Assembly: GCF_036321535.1 (NCBI RefSeq)
Contig: NC_087436.1
Span: 68,078,001 to 68,142,000, forward strand
Direction of reading: 5' to 3'
Source: Camelus dromedarius
Lineage: Eukaryota
Length of the DNA stretch: 64,000 nt
In this document: positions 26,213-39,600 of the stretch, one piece after another
Layout: each line of letters begins with the position of its first letter
Numbering within the stretch: position 1 is the first letter of the stretch
Translations under genes and position numbers: made by a program
The notes under the pieces: model-generated
What the model saw: only the letters and a program-made list of their open reading frames with translations
What the model was told of the DNA's origin: nothing
Databases searched by the model: none

Positions 26213-29099
26213 ACACTTCCCATTGTGGTTTTGACTTAATATATTTTACAATAATCATCATGGGCAATCATTTGCTAACTTTCACCATTTGCAGGTTTAA
26301 AAGAATTAAACAGACCACCTCATCTCTTTGAGGAATCTTTTAAAATTTCTTCTTCATTTTTGCTTTTTAAACTTTTCTGAGCACTACTTTCATATTTTCT
26401 GTATCTATCACAACCTCAATTTGTACTCATTCTCAATTACTTAACATTGTTAAAAAAATAAACTGTAATTAAATTCAAAGTACATAAAATCTGAATACAT
26501 TTTTACCTGTTGAATATAAAAAATTATTATTTTTCATGTGTTAGCCCCCAAAATATTTTTAATATTCAAAATTAAGCATTAAAAAGTAATAAGGAATATC
26601 AATTTTAAATAAAAATATTTAAATAAATCAGAATTTTTTAATTCTTAAAAATTTAATTAACTCTTATGAAGTATTTTATAAAAATACAACTCATCAGAAT
26701 TTTGCATTTCATATCTGTCTAGATGCCAAAGTAAAGCATCAGCATCATGCTTTATGAGAGTTATGTCTAAACTCAGGTAAATACAAATTGTAAAAAAAAA
26801 AGAGGAATCATTTAATGTTATAAAATATTTTAAGCTCTGCAACATATTGTGAATACCTGCTATTTGTGAGTATCTTTGGAAACACAAATTGGAACGTGAA
26901 AAGTAACAACAGATGCTCAGCAGTACTGAGAAATGATGCTATATGTTTCAAAAATCTACTTTGTTTATCCTACTTGAGAAGAAATATTTGACAGATCAAT
27001 TAATCCATCTTTTTTCTTATCTATGCCCTTTCCCTGCTCTGATCCTCTCCTTACTCAGAAGCAATGCACACCTCCAATGTCATCAGTGGCACAGCCCACA
27101 ACTTCCACAGCATTTGTACACAGTTGCCTTTGTAAGAGATGATGGAAATACTACTCTGGAAAAGGAGCGATATTAGTCAGGAGATGCTTGGGATTACAGG
27201 CATGCAAGCACTGAGTGCTAAATTTCACTTGACAGAAAAATCTATGTATTCTTTAAAATAGGTGGGTACATGTATTTAAGAAATTTAAGGTCTTGTAGAA
27301 CACAGGGCTCTGGGCAAGAGCCACTCTGGCCTGGATCCCAGGGAGTCTTGCTTAAAACAGAAACCAAGTTCAGGGGTAGAAAAATGAAGAGAGAGACGTT
27401 TCTTGTAATTCTAAATTCATGGCTTGAAAATACGTCCAGTACAACTGCTGTAAATTTCACATACTTTACAAAACTTTATTGACAAATCTGCTTTCTTACT
27501 AAGCTGGAAGCTTACTAAAAACTGGAATTAAGTCTCAACTGATTACTGTGGTCCTAAAAATGAGCCTATCTTCTAGCACATACTAGGCAATGCTGCTGTA
27601 AATGGTTCCTTGTTTCTAAGAAGGTTAAAATGAGATCAAGCACATATATGCAACAGAGATGCTGAGGGCAGAAATACCCCCAAAGGGGTTTAAATGAGAG
27701 TATTTCAAAAGATAATTAGATACAAATAGCAAATCCAAAGATTATTACTAATGCAACATGTACATTTTTCTCTTCTTTCCTCACTTTTTCTTCTCTGAAT
27801 GAACAATTCCCAATAATAAATATAGAAAGCCAAGAGCTCTTTAACCATTAAATTTTCTGATAGCTTTTCCTTGTATACAGTTGATATATAAGGAAAAATG
27901 TTGCTATTAAACTAAATTTTAAGTAAAAGCACATTATAGTAGAAATAAGACCCTCCAGAGAATAATTTTATGAGACCATTATTGCACGGTAGCTTGGGCA
28001 GTTGAACTCGCATGAAACAAATGGCTCTATAAAACAAGTCCCAAAGTGGCCTATTGCTTAATTAAATTCATATACAAAGCATTCCTCTGCCTTGACATGT
28101 GTACATACATATATTAGATATATTTTAAAATTCAGTCTGAAAAATATGACCTCATAAAGATGCAAAGGTTTAGACACCACTTCAAAGCCAAAGAACTTCT
28201 TGAAGCAATATTTTATATGGAACTGTGACTTTTAAAATAATTGCTTTTTTTCCTTAACATAGTAAGAACAGGACAGTCAGTTTGATGTATACAATATATT
28301 TAAGCTTTCTGCCTATAAAGCTATGCCATAGTCTATATGAAATGCTTGCATTCAATGCAAGTACTGCTAATTCTTTCATCTCCTATTTCATCAAAGTGGA
28401 AGCATTTATAGAGCATTCTGGGTGTGCATAGGAAGAAACACACTGACAAGATCCATAGTCTAATCCTTCAACTGAAATGTGTCTACTTAGAATGCTAATG
28501 TAATGAATGCAAATAAATTAAGACATGTTTTTTTCTCTTGAATATAAAATTGTTTTACCACAATGTATTACTCTATTCTTCTGTTTCATGAACCACCTAC
28601 ATGTGGGTAACAGCCCTCCAGGAACAGAATGTGGTCCAGTCTGTTCGATAGCCTAAAAACATCTTAAAGCCATCTGGTATTAAATGTGTTCAGGAAAGAT
28701 GGAAGCAAGGGAGTAAAATGAAGAGACATTATTCAAAACATGTTACTAGCTGATTATAAGATTTTGTGTCCAAAAATGTTCTATCAGTTTCAAATTTTAC
28801 ACAAAATAATCTGGAATGAATCATTTAAGACTCTCAATTTTCACCTATTCTTTTGGGAAACTCCTTAATAATGCCTATTTAAGTAGCACCCCAAATAAAA
28901 ATGGAAAATGATGTATAAAATCTAGAGATGCACAGGTGATTCTCAAATATAGAATGTAAATGAGATAGGTTTTAAATGCGTAGGAAAGATGTTGTAAATT
29001 TGGGTGAAATTCCTTGGACTTACAAACAGAAAAATGTGGAGAGCTTTATACTGGTTTAAATAATTTTTACACTGGAAACTGAAAATATCAGGCTAAGAA

Positions 29100-29340
29100 T
29101 AACAGTAATCATAATAGTAACTATTATTGATTAAGTACTCACTGGGTTCCAGGCACTATGTGAAGCATTTTACACTAAACTATCTCATTTTAATCCTCAT
29201 GACACCTCTACAAAGGTATTCTTAAAGGTAAAGAAACTAAGGCAGTGAAATATTAAGAACCTTAAAAATTACAGTAAGTTAATAAATGGCGGAGTTAAAA
29301 TTCCCTTTTCTGCTGATATGAAGGCCCATCTTTTTATCCC
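29100..29340 (-). mobile_element. MIR
   Basis: 'ccaggcactatgtgaagcattttaca...ctcattttaatcctcatgaca...aagaaactaaggc'. Confidence 0.75.
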
Positions 29341-31699
29341 TAGGCCCCTTGCTGCCAACTCTAACCAGCAAGGCATGATGTAGCCATGGGAGAACCTCGG
29401 CCATGCACCTTAGAACCTCACAGAGATAACTCTAAATCTAGGCCACTAACTAGTAGAACAAAAGGTCAGAGATGCATCTTGAACGTTTGGCTCACTAAAG
29501 GTAACTGCACAATTTGGCCAGTGTCCAGCTCTATAGTTGAAAACAAATACTTAAGTAATAAAAGAGGTTTATGTTGAGAAACAGTAGGTGTCTACCTGAG
29601 TCATTTATATTCACAAAGGGGATGAGTACACAACCTTTCCTCTAAGCCAATCCTCTATATGTGTGTGATAACTAAGGGGAGGTCACAGAACAGCCACCTC
29701 TTGTGCTATCCAGGGAACAAGTGTGCCCTCCAACAGCAGAAAGGCTCAGTGAGCTCCCTGCCTGCATGAAGAGCATATGTAGGCTGTCCTGGCCCTATTT
29801 ATTATCACTTCCACTTCAGTCACCCTCTTCCTGAATGCCATAGCTGAAGAGAAAGGGGCAGACCCTGTGTGTAAGAGTAGATACTGCTATTGCCTTGCAA
29901 AAGAAATGCACCCCAAATTCAAAAGAATAACAGAGAGAGTACTGGATAACATTTACCAGGCATTTAAAGAACTTTACAGGCCCTTTACAAGTGGAATGTA
30001 ATGTTTACTTTGGATACATAATCATAATGAAAACCAAAGGGTCTTTTTGGTTTGCCCACCCCTGAACATCACTTGCCACCAAACACAGAGCATGTTATTC
30101 TGGTTTTGATGAGTGGCCCTGATGAGATTTTTTAAAATCTTTATGCACATTTCTCAAAAAAAGTCTGTAGCCCTCCTAACAACCCTTCTATGGAGAAGTC
30201 AGGGGTACAGGGACCTGTCTGTCTCTCTTTGTAATTGGAAAATGTTACTTAAAATACTTACAACAAGGATATCTAAGAGAGGATACCTGAATTCCTGCTC
30301 CTTTAGGTCATCACTGTTATGCCTCCATTATTATTTTGTCACTTTAGCAGGAAAAGAAACCACGTGACATAGTAAGATTATACACTTTTAAAAAGTTAAG
30401 TTACTCTCTCAGTAAGGTTTGAATCTCTTAAGACCTCAATTGTAAGGATGTGGCATTGATGTTTTAAAAAGCTTTGTTCTGCCACTGCTACATAATATTG
30501 AGATTTTGAGGATGTTTTAAATAAAAATCTCTTCTGATGTGTAGTATTCTTGAATTTTTACCCCTTGATATTTTTTTCAAAGGAACTCATTTTAAGATCC
30601 ATATATTCAACAAACATTTATCAAATGTCCATAAAATACAAGGCATTTATCTGTGGCATCTCAGAAGACATACATACATATATAGGATGCAGTTATTTTT
30701 GAACTCAAAGAGAGCTTCCTATCAAGTAACAAAAGTAAAACAAATAACCAAAGCAATAATGCTAAACAGCCCAAGGGAAGTGCTATTTGAATGACAGAAA
30801 CCAAATGCCTAAGAGAATTCCAGTTTCAGTTTGGCTCCAGAACTTCTGAGTGACCTTATAAACCCCCCACTGTGGCCAAGTGCAAGGCACTTGAGATAAA
30901 GAAGGCTCTTTGTTTTAAAGGTCCTGGAATGTAAATTTCTTGATATTCCAGGGCTACCAGGATCCTCCCTGGCTCAATCCACAAGACAATGAAAGAAACC
31001 AGCCAGCATAGTGTTTACTATTAAATAACTTTGACTCAGTTATATTACAGTGTTATCACTGTCCTTTGCCAAAACATCAAATATTCACTCAACCTTAAAA
31101 GAATTTCTCTCTTAATATGTTTGAATATTTTTGTGAATTAAGTGGTATAAAGAATATTTAAACTGCAAGAAAATTTAGAAAGAAAGAAAGTTAACCCCAT
31201 AGATGAGATGCTGGAACCCAGATAAGTGGAGTGAGTCATGGGCAGAGGAGGGATTAGAATTTGGGCTTCCTGACTTCTTAAGCCAGTGTTAGTTCTGCCA
31301 CAGTATTTTGATTATTTATGAAGTTGCTCAACTTCATTCAGTCACTGAGAATGCTATCCATAGATATTTTTGCTTTGATCCTTTCAGATTTTTTATTAAC
31401 ATTGTTTTACAAGTTATGTGTCTATGTCTGGGATAGGAATACTTGCATACAGAATTCTAAAAGTTAGTAAAAGGGTAAAGCAACTTGACATCAAACAAAA
31501 ACTGCTTTTGAATCACATTTTGTGAAGCATACAAATCTATCTTTAATATGAGAGCTGATGTCTTAGTCAGTTTTAGGTTTTGAAAGATGAACCCCACAGA
31601 ATGATGGGGACTAAATCTGACTTTATTGTTGATGCTGATTTGGAGATCCTCAAATCTTGCCCATGAAACACATCTGAAGTTGACATTTCATCTGCATAT

Positions 31700-32410
31700 C
31701 AAAATCATCTGTCAAGTTCACTAAACCAGGTTTAAGTGTTCCTCAGTCTGCTCTCACCCTATCAGCCAGCCTATGCTAATCTCTCTTTTGGCATTCTGTG
31801 ACATGTTATTCTTTTCATTTATGACACTTTCGTCATGGTGACATCATGATTTGAAATTTTATATCTATATAAATATATTTATGTATTCATTAGTTTAATA
31901 CCTGTCATCTGACACACTGTAAGCTCTGTGGAGAAAGGAATTAGTCAACTGTGCACCAATTTCATCCCAGCCTCAGGGGTTATTCAGTAGTTTTTTGAAT
32001 GAACAAAGGATAAATGATTGGGTACCTTTCTGAATTTGGAAATTGATGATATTCTTAAAGTTCACTAGGTACAATTACTAATGAAGAGGGGTACTGTGTT
32101 ACACACCACAGATATTTTTTAAGTCTATTACTGCCTGTATTAGGCAGAACCCTTTTAAATCCAAGTGATAAAACCCGACCTAAAACCATTTAAACAAACT
32201 TGAGAATTTATCAACACAAAACTGGAAAGCCCAAGGTTGCTATTAGCCTGAGGGAAGATATGATCTTGTCTTCAACACACAGCACTAGAAGGAATATTCA
32301 ACAAAACTGGGGATATTTTGTCTGTTTTGTTCAACAGTGTAGGCCAAGTTCCTATATCAGTGTTTGTCATATAGTAAATGCTCAATAAATACTTATTGAA
32401 TAAATGAATG
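31700..32410 (+). mobile_element. L2 3'-end fragments
   Basis: 'atagtaaatgctcaataaatacttattgaataaatgaatga' and 'ctgtaagctctgtggag'. Confidence 0.65.
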
Positions 32411-32450
32411 ATCAATCTCTGTCTCTTGGACAAACTTTCCTACCCAATAG

Positions 32451-32745
32451 TGTGGCAGGCAGAACAATCATTCACAAAGATATTCATACCGTAGTCCTTA
32501 GGACCTGTGACTATATTACCTGACATGGCAGAAAGGACTTCACAGATAAACTTTAAGTTAAGACCTTAGATGGGAGATTATCCAGGTGGGCCCAATTTAA
32601 TCACATACATTCTTAAAATCAGAAAACCTTTCCCAATTACATTCAGAGATAAATATAGCAATGTAAAAGGAGGCAGAGAGATGTGACATGAGGACACAAT
32701 CTGCAATTGTTGGTTCTGAAGATTCATGCTTGGGGTCACGTGATT
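32451..32745 (+). mobile_element. MaLR LTR fragment (MLT1D/E-like)
   Basis: 'tgtggcaggcagaa...acctgtgactatattacctgacatggcagaaaggacttcacagat...gatgggagattatccaggtgggcccaatttaatcaca'. Confidence 0.85.
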
Positions 32746-33599
32746 GAAAGGCCATCAACTGGAGCAGGAATGGTTTGCAAAGGAAGCAGTAGGTTATGTC
32801 ACCAGGTAAAAACAAAGGGACACCTTCAAGTTTCTTGACATCTTATAGGGAAGACAAACTTTACACATGAAATAAGACAAAATACAATTAAAGGCCAAAA
32901 TACTTGTTACACATAAACACATTCAACCATACAATCTTAAGAAGGAAAGAAATACTATTGGCCCAAAACATTACTGAAGCATGTAGATTTTGAAGATTAT
33001 GGGGGAATAGAATGGAACAAAAATATGGAAAGGAACTATCAGAAATCTCAGTAAAACAAGGCTATCATAGACAACATGAAGAGACAAAGCTACTTTGAAT
33101 GGAATGGGGAAGAAATCTTTAAAATGTTAAGAAGGATGAATGAGAAACATAAAGAAGACATTAAGGTATTGAAGTTTCAAAAAATTGTCTACAAATTTGT
33201 CAGAGAAAATTATTTTTATGACTATATTATAAAGAAAAAATATTCTTAACTCTATAACTTCACTTCATACCAAAGTTAGAAAATATTTATGACTCCTGAT
33301 TTTTGTTCATCTTTTAAAATTTTTACCAAAACACTACTCTCCCGATAATGTGCATGTTCCAAACCACAGCAATACGAGCTGCTTTGTGTGGCTCCAATAA
33401 GACGATCATAGATATTCAAAGAAGCAACCTTTGCTATTGAGGCAGGATTAGAAAAACCATTGTAGAAAGGTCTGAAGGACTTAAGGGAATCAGGGTAATT
33501 AAAGAGAAATGTTGATATTAAGCTTATAAAACATATGAATCATCCTTTTGCTTCCTTGGGTGATTCTTCAAGTCATCTGATATTTAATCTTCGTTTTTT

Positions 33600-34900
33600 T
33601 TTTCTTCTCCAGGGAGAAAAATGTAGCTGGAGGTTCAGCTTCCTATTTGCCATCAACAAAATTATCAGCATTTTCCATCAACCATGCGCTATTGATCCCT
33701 CTCTCTCTCTCCTACTCATTTCCCCCAAGCATTTTAAGGTATTCAGCTCACTGACTTTATTTCTAAAATAAAACTAAGTTAAATCTTCTCTAAGCCTCCC
33801 CCTACCTACTGTCTAGTGTTTCTCTATCCTTCTCAGGCAAGTGTCTTTAAAAACTAATGCTCACTTCCCATTTAGTCCTGAATTGCCAACACTGTGACTT
33901 TGCTTCCAACCTCCCAGAAAAACTATTCTTGGCAAAGGTGCAATGATCTCAGGCCCTCCCATTAGTTCTCTTTTATTTCACCTCATTCAGGCCTCTGTTT
34001 GAAATAACCTCCTCAAAGAGGCTTTCTTCGTGCCACTCAATCTGTTCCCTTATCCTGTTTTAACGTTCCTCAAAGTACCATCCATCCCCCCCAATTATGA
34101 TTGGGTTACTTGGTTGAGTCTGGCTCCCCACACAATGTTAACACTCAGGAGAGCAGAGACTTTGCTTGTTCCTGTCTGTATCCCAAGGTGCAGAGCTATA
34201 CCTGAATCCAACAGATGCTCACCAAATATTTGTTGAATTATTTTTAGTATTCCATTAAAACTCTTCAGTTTTGACCTACTTTGCTACAAATTAAAAACTT
34301 CCTACTTTTTATATGTGCTTCTCCCATAATTTTGGTGATATGATTCTTCAGTGCTTCTTCTCCTTCGTCTTTGTGCCATCCTTCCCATCCTAATGCAGAG
34401 ACCTTTCTTAACAGGTCCCGGAAGTCTTCTGACTGCTTCACTTTCTTGCCCTTTTCCTGTGTAGTTTTGCTTCCATGACTTCAGTTACTACATGTTCCAA
34501 AACAACTTTAAAATGTATGTCTCCAACTCCGACATCTCTCTTGTGTTCCAAACAGATGTCTCAGAGGGTCACTGATGCTTCCCCATGAAGGCACTGGAAA
34601 CTAAACAATGCACCTTCTCTCCTCTCCCAGGTCTGCCTGTGCCTTTAGTTTGTATGTACTAATTTCTAATTTGTGCTCCCACCCTCTCCTTTAGTCCTGC
34701 TTGACCTACAGGCATCCTGTGTTTCCAGTTATACCTCCACAATAGCTCCTAACTGAGGTCATTTGTCTGTATCCCTGTTGAAGTGGCTACAGTCAGGCTC
34801 TCACTATTTCTCACCTGGATTCTTACCACAGACTTCTAATTGGTCTCCTTGCCTGTCGTATGCCCAAAGTCCTAATCAAGCCATTCTGGTTATTAGAGTG
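33600..34900 (+). mobile_element. L2 fragments
   Basis: 'gatgctcaccaaatatttgttgaat' tail at ~34215; 'atgtatgtctccaactccgacatctctc'; 'tctcacctggattcttaccacagacttctaattggtctccttgcc'. Confidence 0.7.
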
Positions 34901-34998
34901 ACAACTGAAAATTTCAAGATAGCATAATATAAAAAGCCCATTATTGACTCTTTCTTATGTTCCACCTACACTGCTGTTGAGCACATACCCACTGCTTC

Positions 34999-35462
34999 TG
35001 TAACCAAGCAATACCCTATGGGGCCTTCCTGGGACAGACCTCTCCCCCATATCCTCTGTTGTAGCTCATCTCTGATAATAGTATCTCATGAATATGTCCT
35101 GAGCTTTTCAGATGCTAAAAATCACCACCAAATGGAAGAAATTAACTACTCAGTGAGCATGAGCATATAGCTCCTAGACCTTCTGGTGCCTAGGATTGAT
35201 CATGGTAACTTCCCTGTTACCTCAACATCAACCAGAGAACTGTGCATGAGCTAATCACATATCCTGGGACACACCTCCTTCACCCTCCCTTTAAAAATAT
35301 TAGGCTGAAACCCTTTGGGGAGTTTGGGCATTTTGGGGGCATGAGCCGCATGTCCTCCATGCTTGACCCTGCAATAATAAACCTTTCTCGGCTCCAAACT
35401 CCTATGTTTTGGTTTGTTTGGCCTCACTGTGTGTCCAGCACAGGAACTTGTGTTTGGTAACA
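34999..35462 (+). mobile_element. Solo ERV1-type LTR (cetartiodactyl-like), 464 bp
   Basis: TGTAACCA...TGGTAACA termini; TATA-like 'ctttaaaa'; AATAAA at ~35375; near-TSD CTTC/CTTT. Confidence 0.85.
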
Positions 35463-35749
35463 CTTTCTTTTATCTCTGTACCTTTACACTGTTGCTTCCA
35501 CTCTCTTTAATGTTTTCTCCCATCATTTCCTCTTGACCTGGCTAAGTCTTATTTGTCTTTTGCACCCTGATTAAAATCTTGCTTCCTGCAAGTTTCCTCT
35601 TCTGATTGCTACCTGTCCACAATACCCAAAACTATATTACATGGCACTCCAATGTGTTTCCACAGCCTCCTCCTTCTCCTTCCTCTCATAGGTCTTTCGT
35701 ACTCAGATCAACACAATATTAAAATTATGATTTATTTGTCCGCCCTTTG

Positions 35750-36540
35750 GTATTAGGAAGGTAATGCTAGTTGCTGAGACAAACCAACCCCAAATTTTAA
35801 CTCTCTCATAGAGAGTTTAATTTATCTCTCACTCATAGAAGTTCTATCTAAGACAAAACAAAGTCTGGGACAAAATTAACAGTGGCTGTTTATTCATAAA
35901 CTTGACAAGAGAACCCATCTGCTGTCACTTTCATTTCATCAGAGGACCAAAGGTGTCAGAAAGGAAAGAAAGTTTGAGTATAAAGGATACTGACAGCATT
36001 ACTGACTGGCAAGGATTCTATTAAAATGGTATCTTCCGAAGTGGGGAAGAATCTTTAATTGGTCTCTAGATACATGTGGTACCCTTTGGTTGGCAAGAGG
36101 GAGAAAGTGCATAGTTTGTGAGCATTACGAAAGAAAAATTATTGTTTAGTGTTAAACCTGAAGGGTTCTCATGTCTCGCAATTTCTTTAACAAGTGGAGG
36201 TTGGGGGGGAGCTTTTTTGTGGCAGTACTGTCATCATGGTCCTCAGTGGGGTGGCTGCCGTGACAGGAAGGTTCCCAGTCCAAGTATAGTTTTTCTGGTA
36301 GTTAGTGGCTTTCTTCCCTGTGGTGATCTGAGGATCTAGGTTCCTTTCTTTTATGGCCCTGCCATCCTAGGGATCAGTGAGCAGATGAGGAAAACGGGAC
36401 TACACTTCTCACATATCCCAACCAGAAACGAATAAACATCACTTCTGTTCATGTTCCACTGGGCAAAACCTAGGCCTCCCAGAGACTCCTTCACGCTACA
36501 GAGTGAAAACACAAATTTTGAATGAACAGGTCCTAGCTAC
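35750..36540 (-). mobile_element. Old MaLR/ERVL-like LTR fragments
   Basis: 'tattaggaaggtaatgctagttgctgagacaaac...' and 'catcacttctgttcatgttccactgg' resemble antisense MLT1-type LTR. Confidence 0.45.
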
Positions 36541-36626
36541 CATCCCCACTAGATTTTGAGTTGTAAAAGGAGACACTATGCATTTCCATTGCGTTCCAAA
36601 GTGTTAGTGCCACATATCAGCTGCTC

Positions 36627-36649
36627 AAAAAAAAAAAAAAAAAAAAAAA
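36627..36649. repeat. poly(A) tract
   Basis: About 23 A. Confidence 0.9.
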
Positions 36650-39600
36650 GCCAAGTGATTAAATCAATATATGTTTGATTGGGTCTATCTGAAAACTCAG
36701 AATCATTACAATTGCTTCTTTCTAGTCCTGAAGATTTACTCAAGCAAGTTATGGTTAAAAATGAAATAAAAACATATAACCTATGGATATAAGACATCAT
36801 TCTGAAAGCTAATATTGAATATCCTTCTATCTGCAAAACATGAAAATGAATCTAAGAAGGACTATAAATAGTAAATATCAAATAAACTAACAGCAATATT
36901 TTAAACAGTACAATTAATATTATAAAATAATTTAGAAGAGAAAGTGCTTGCCAAAGGAAAATTTCCCTAATATTTTGAAAAGGAAATTCAAAAAGGTCAT
37001 AGATTTTATCTTAATAATCAACTAAAAGATTTTTATTTAGAATTTAGAGCTAATTTTTGAGGCAGTAAAATAATTCTTAACAACCTTTTAATTTGTCACT
37101 TGAAGATATTCTAAAATAAAATTGTCAAAAATAAAGCATGAAATAAATATCAGCACATCACCCAGTGAAAAATATAATAAACAACTTTCCAATTAGTATT
37201 AGAGGTACTAAGGAATGAATTATCCTCTGCTTTCAGATTTTCATGAATAATTCAAATTCTGCTGTCAGTAGACCTAATTAGTAATTATCTAAACTATTTC
37301 TAAATTATCTGGTTTTAAGCTACCTGTGTTGCAACTAGATTTATTTCTGATGTAATTATTAACCCCATCTGTGTTGGCCTTAGCTTTTTTCTGTTACTAG
37401 TAATGGAACAGGTATCTCCAGATAGCAGAGAAGCCGACAGATTCAGTGTATTAATATGCCATTACCAATTAGCCCCTCTAGTGCTAAGAAATTGACAGCA
37501 TATCCCACACAAGCAGGTATTTTTGAGGCCCTTAGAAATGCTTATCCTACATTCTATTGACTTAACCATATAAGCACAGAAGAAAAAGCTGACCTTAAGA
37601 GGAAAAGAATAAAATCTAGAGTAAACGTGATGGACTTCCTTAGGGATGGTGTGAAACATATCCAAGTGGTTGTAGAGGGCTCACATGCAGGGAAGTCTTC
37701 CCTGTGTGAACCATGAAAGCAAATGAACACATTCAGAAGTAACACAGTACGAAAAGGGAAATACATTAAACTCAAATTTAATGCTAGATCATAATGCTAG
37801 AGATATCTTCTTTTTATTTAATTTTCAGTACATCTGATGGTGTATATATATTACTCAACCACACTATTTGAACTTACAAACTTCATCTCTACACACACAC
37901 AAAGTTTACAAAATTAATTTTGACATCCTTACCCCCCAAATATCCTGAATCTGAAGAATTCCTAAAAATCCTTGGGATGCAACAAAACATAAAATTATAA
38001 CTGTGTTGCAAAACATACTTAACTGATGGCTCCAAGTGCATCATAAATTCTGGGAAGAAAATTTTAATTGATCATGCACATATTCCCTGATTTCATTCTG
38101 ACTGTTCCTAGAGAGGGGATTTAGGTAAAACTGTATTACCTTTTCCTCTTTTTTAAATATTTTACTGGAAGCTTTTAAAGATTATAATACTCTATCCAAT
38201 TCTTTCAAAATGTTCAGAAGCATTCAGCTTTAACCTGCAGGAGTACATCATAAAATTTTATTTTACCATAGCTATTTTTCCCCAACAATAGCTTTGTCTA
38301 TTATTGTCATTAATAGCTTCCTCAATTTTCATAGACATTCAAAAAAAAAAACTCTATTTCCTTTTTCATTCTTGTTTTTAATCCAGATTTTACTGACAGC
38401 TGAGAAGAATAAAAGACGTGATAGGCTTATGGTCATTTCTGGAGTCTTTGCTGCTCATTATTACAGTGTTTTTTCCTCTGTTTTGTTCTTTCTCTTGGAT
38501 GTATTTATAGAAACTTTTCTTATTTCCTTTGAGTCCCCCAGCTACATTATTTCATTTTGCTTTCTTGCCTCTCTTATTGTGTGCCTGCATTCCTTGAAGA
38601 CTAGCTTATATCTATTCCTTTCAATCTCCCTTTTTTTCCATTTCCTATACAATTCTATTTTGTATTTCAGTGCTTAGAGAAACCCACCCTCACCTACAGA
38701 TATTTTTTAATCTTCTCTGTTTTTCCAACCTATCCTGGGATAGCTTTTGAGCTTTCCATGTTGAGCTCATCTTAAAACTCATTTCTCCCCGCTTTTACCC
38801 TGCCCCTAGCAGTCTGCCACTGACTTCATTTAAACTTATTATCTGTCTCAGTACCCTACTAACAAATGCTTCAAGTTTAGCCCTATTCACTATATTAGAG
38901 ACACTGACTGGATATTTAACACTTTTAAGGGACTTATTGGTCTAAAAACAAAATGGGAAATTTACATACATCTCTAGAGTGTTAAGCAAATAAGTGAATG
39001 GGTGGTACAGTATCACTGTATATTGTCCTTCTAAGTCATTAAGACAGGACTGATCTCCCTAAGCCGGACAAGAGAAAGTCTAGATGACCTCTTTGTAAAC
39101 AACTAGCCTTGGTCAACTTATGGATCTACTGAACAAAACTGTGACAGTAGACACTACTGCCAAGGCCAATCTCAGGTTCACTTATTCTGGAACTCATCTG
39201 TATCCAATTCTTCCCAGGACTCAGTAAATTTATTAAAGTAATGTTGGCAACAAAGTATAATTCTGAACCCTCAAGTTGTACATTGTATTTGTAAATACAG
39301 CCATGGAACTCCAGAAGATGAGGTCATAAAAACAGCTCAGACTAAGAATTGAAGTTTCAAGTTAAAGACCTTTTAGTTAAACCTACAAGTGTACATTTAC
39401 AGACCCAGAAGCCTGGAAAGTTTTGTTAACCAAAATCTACCTCCAGACATTGGACTTGCTCTAGCCCAGATTTAATTATTTAAATCTCCTTTTATGATGT
39501 CATTCCAGTAATCCATCACATGCTCTTAAATGAAAGAGCTAAAGCCAAGGAAATTAAACTAGAACTCTGCCTCCCAAAACCAAAGGAAATATAGAAAAGT

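Noticed and set aside
38294..38677. 127-aa hydrophobic 'membrane protein' ORF
   Set aside because: Phe/Leu/Ser richness follows from T-rich composition; non-ATG start; no family recognised.
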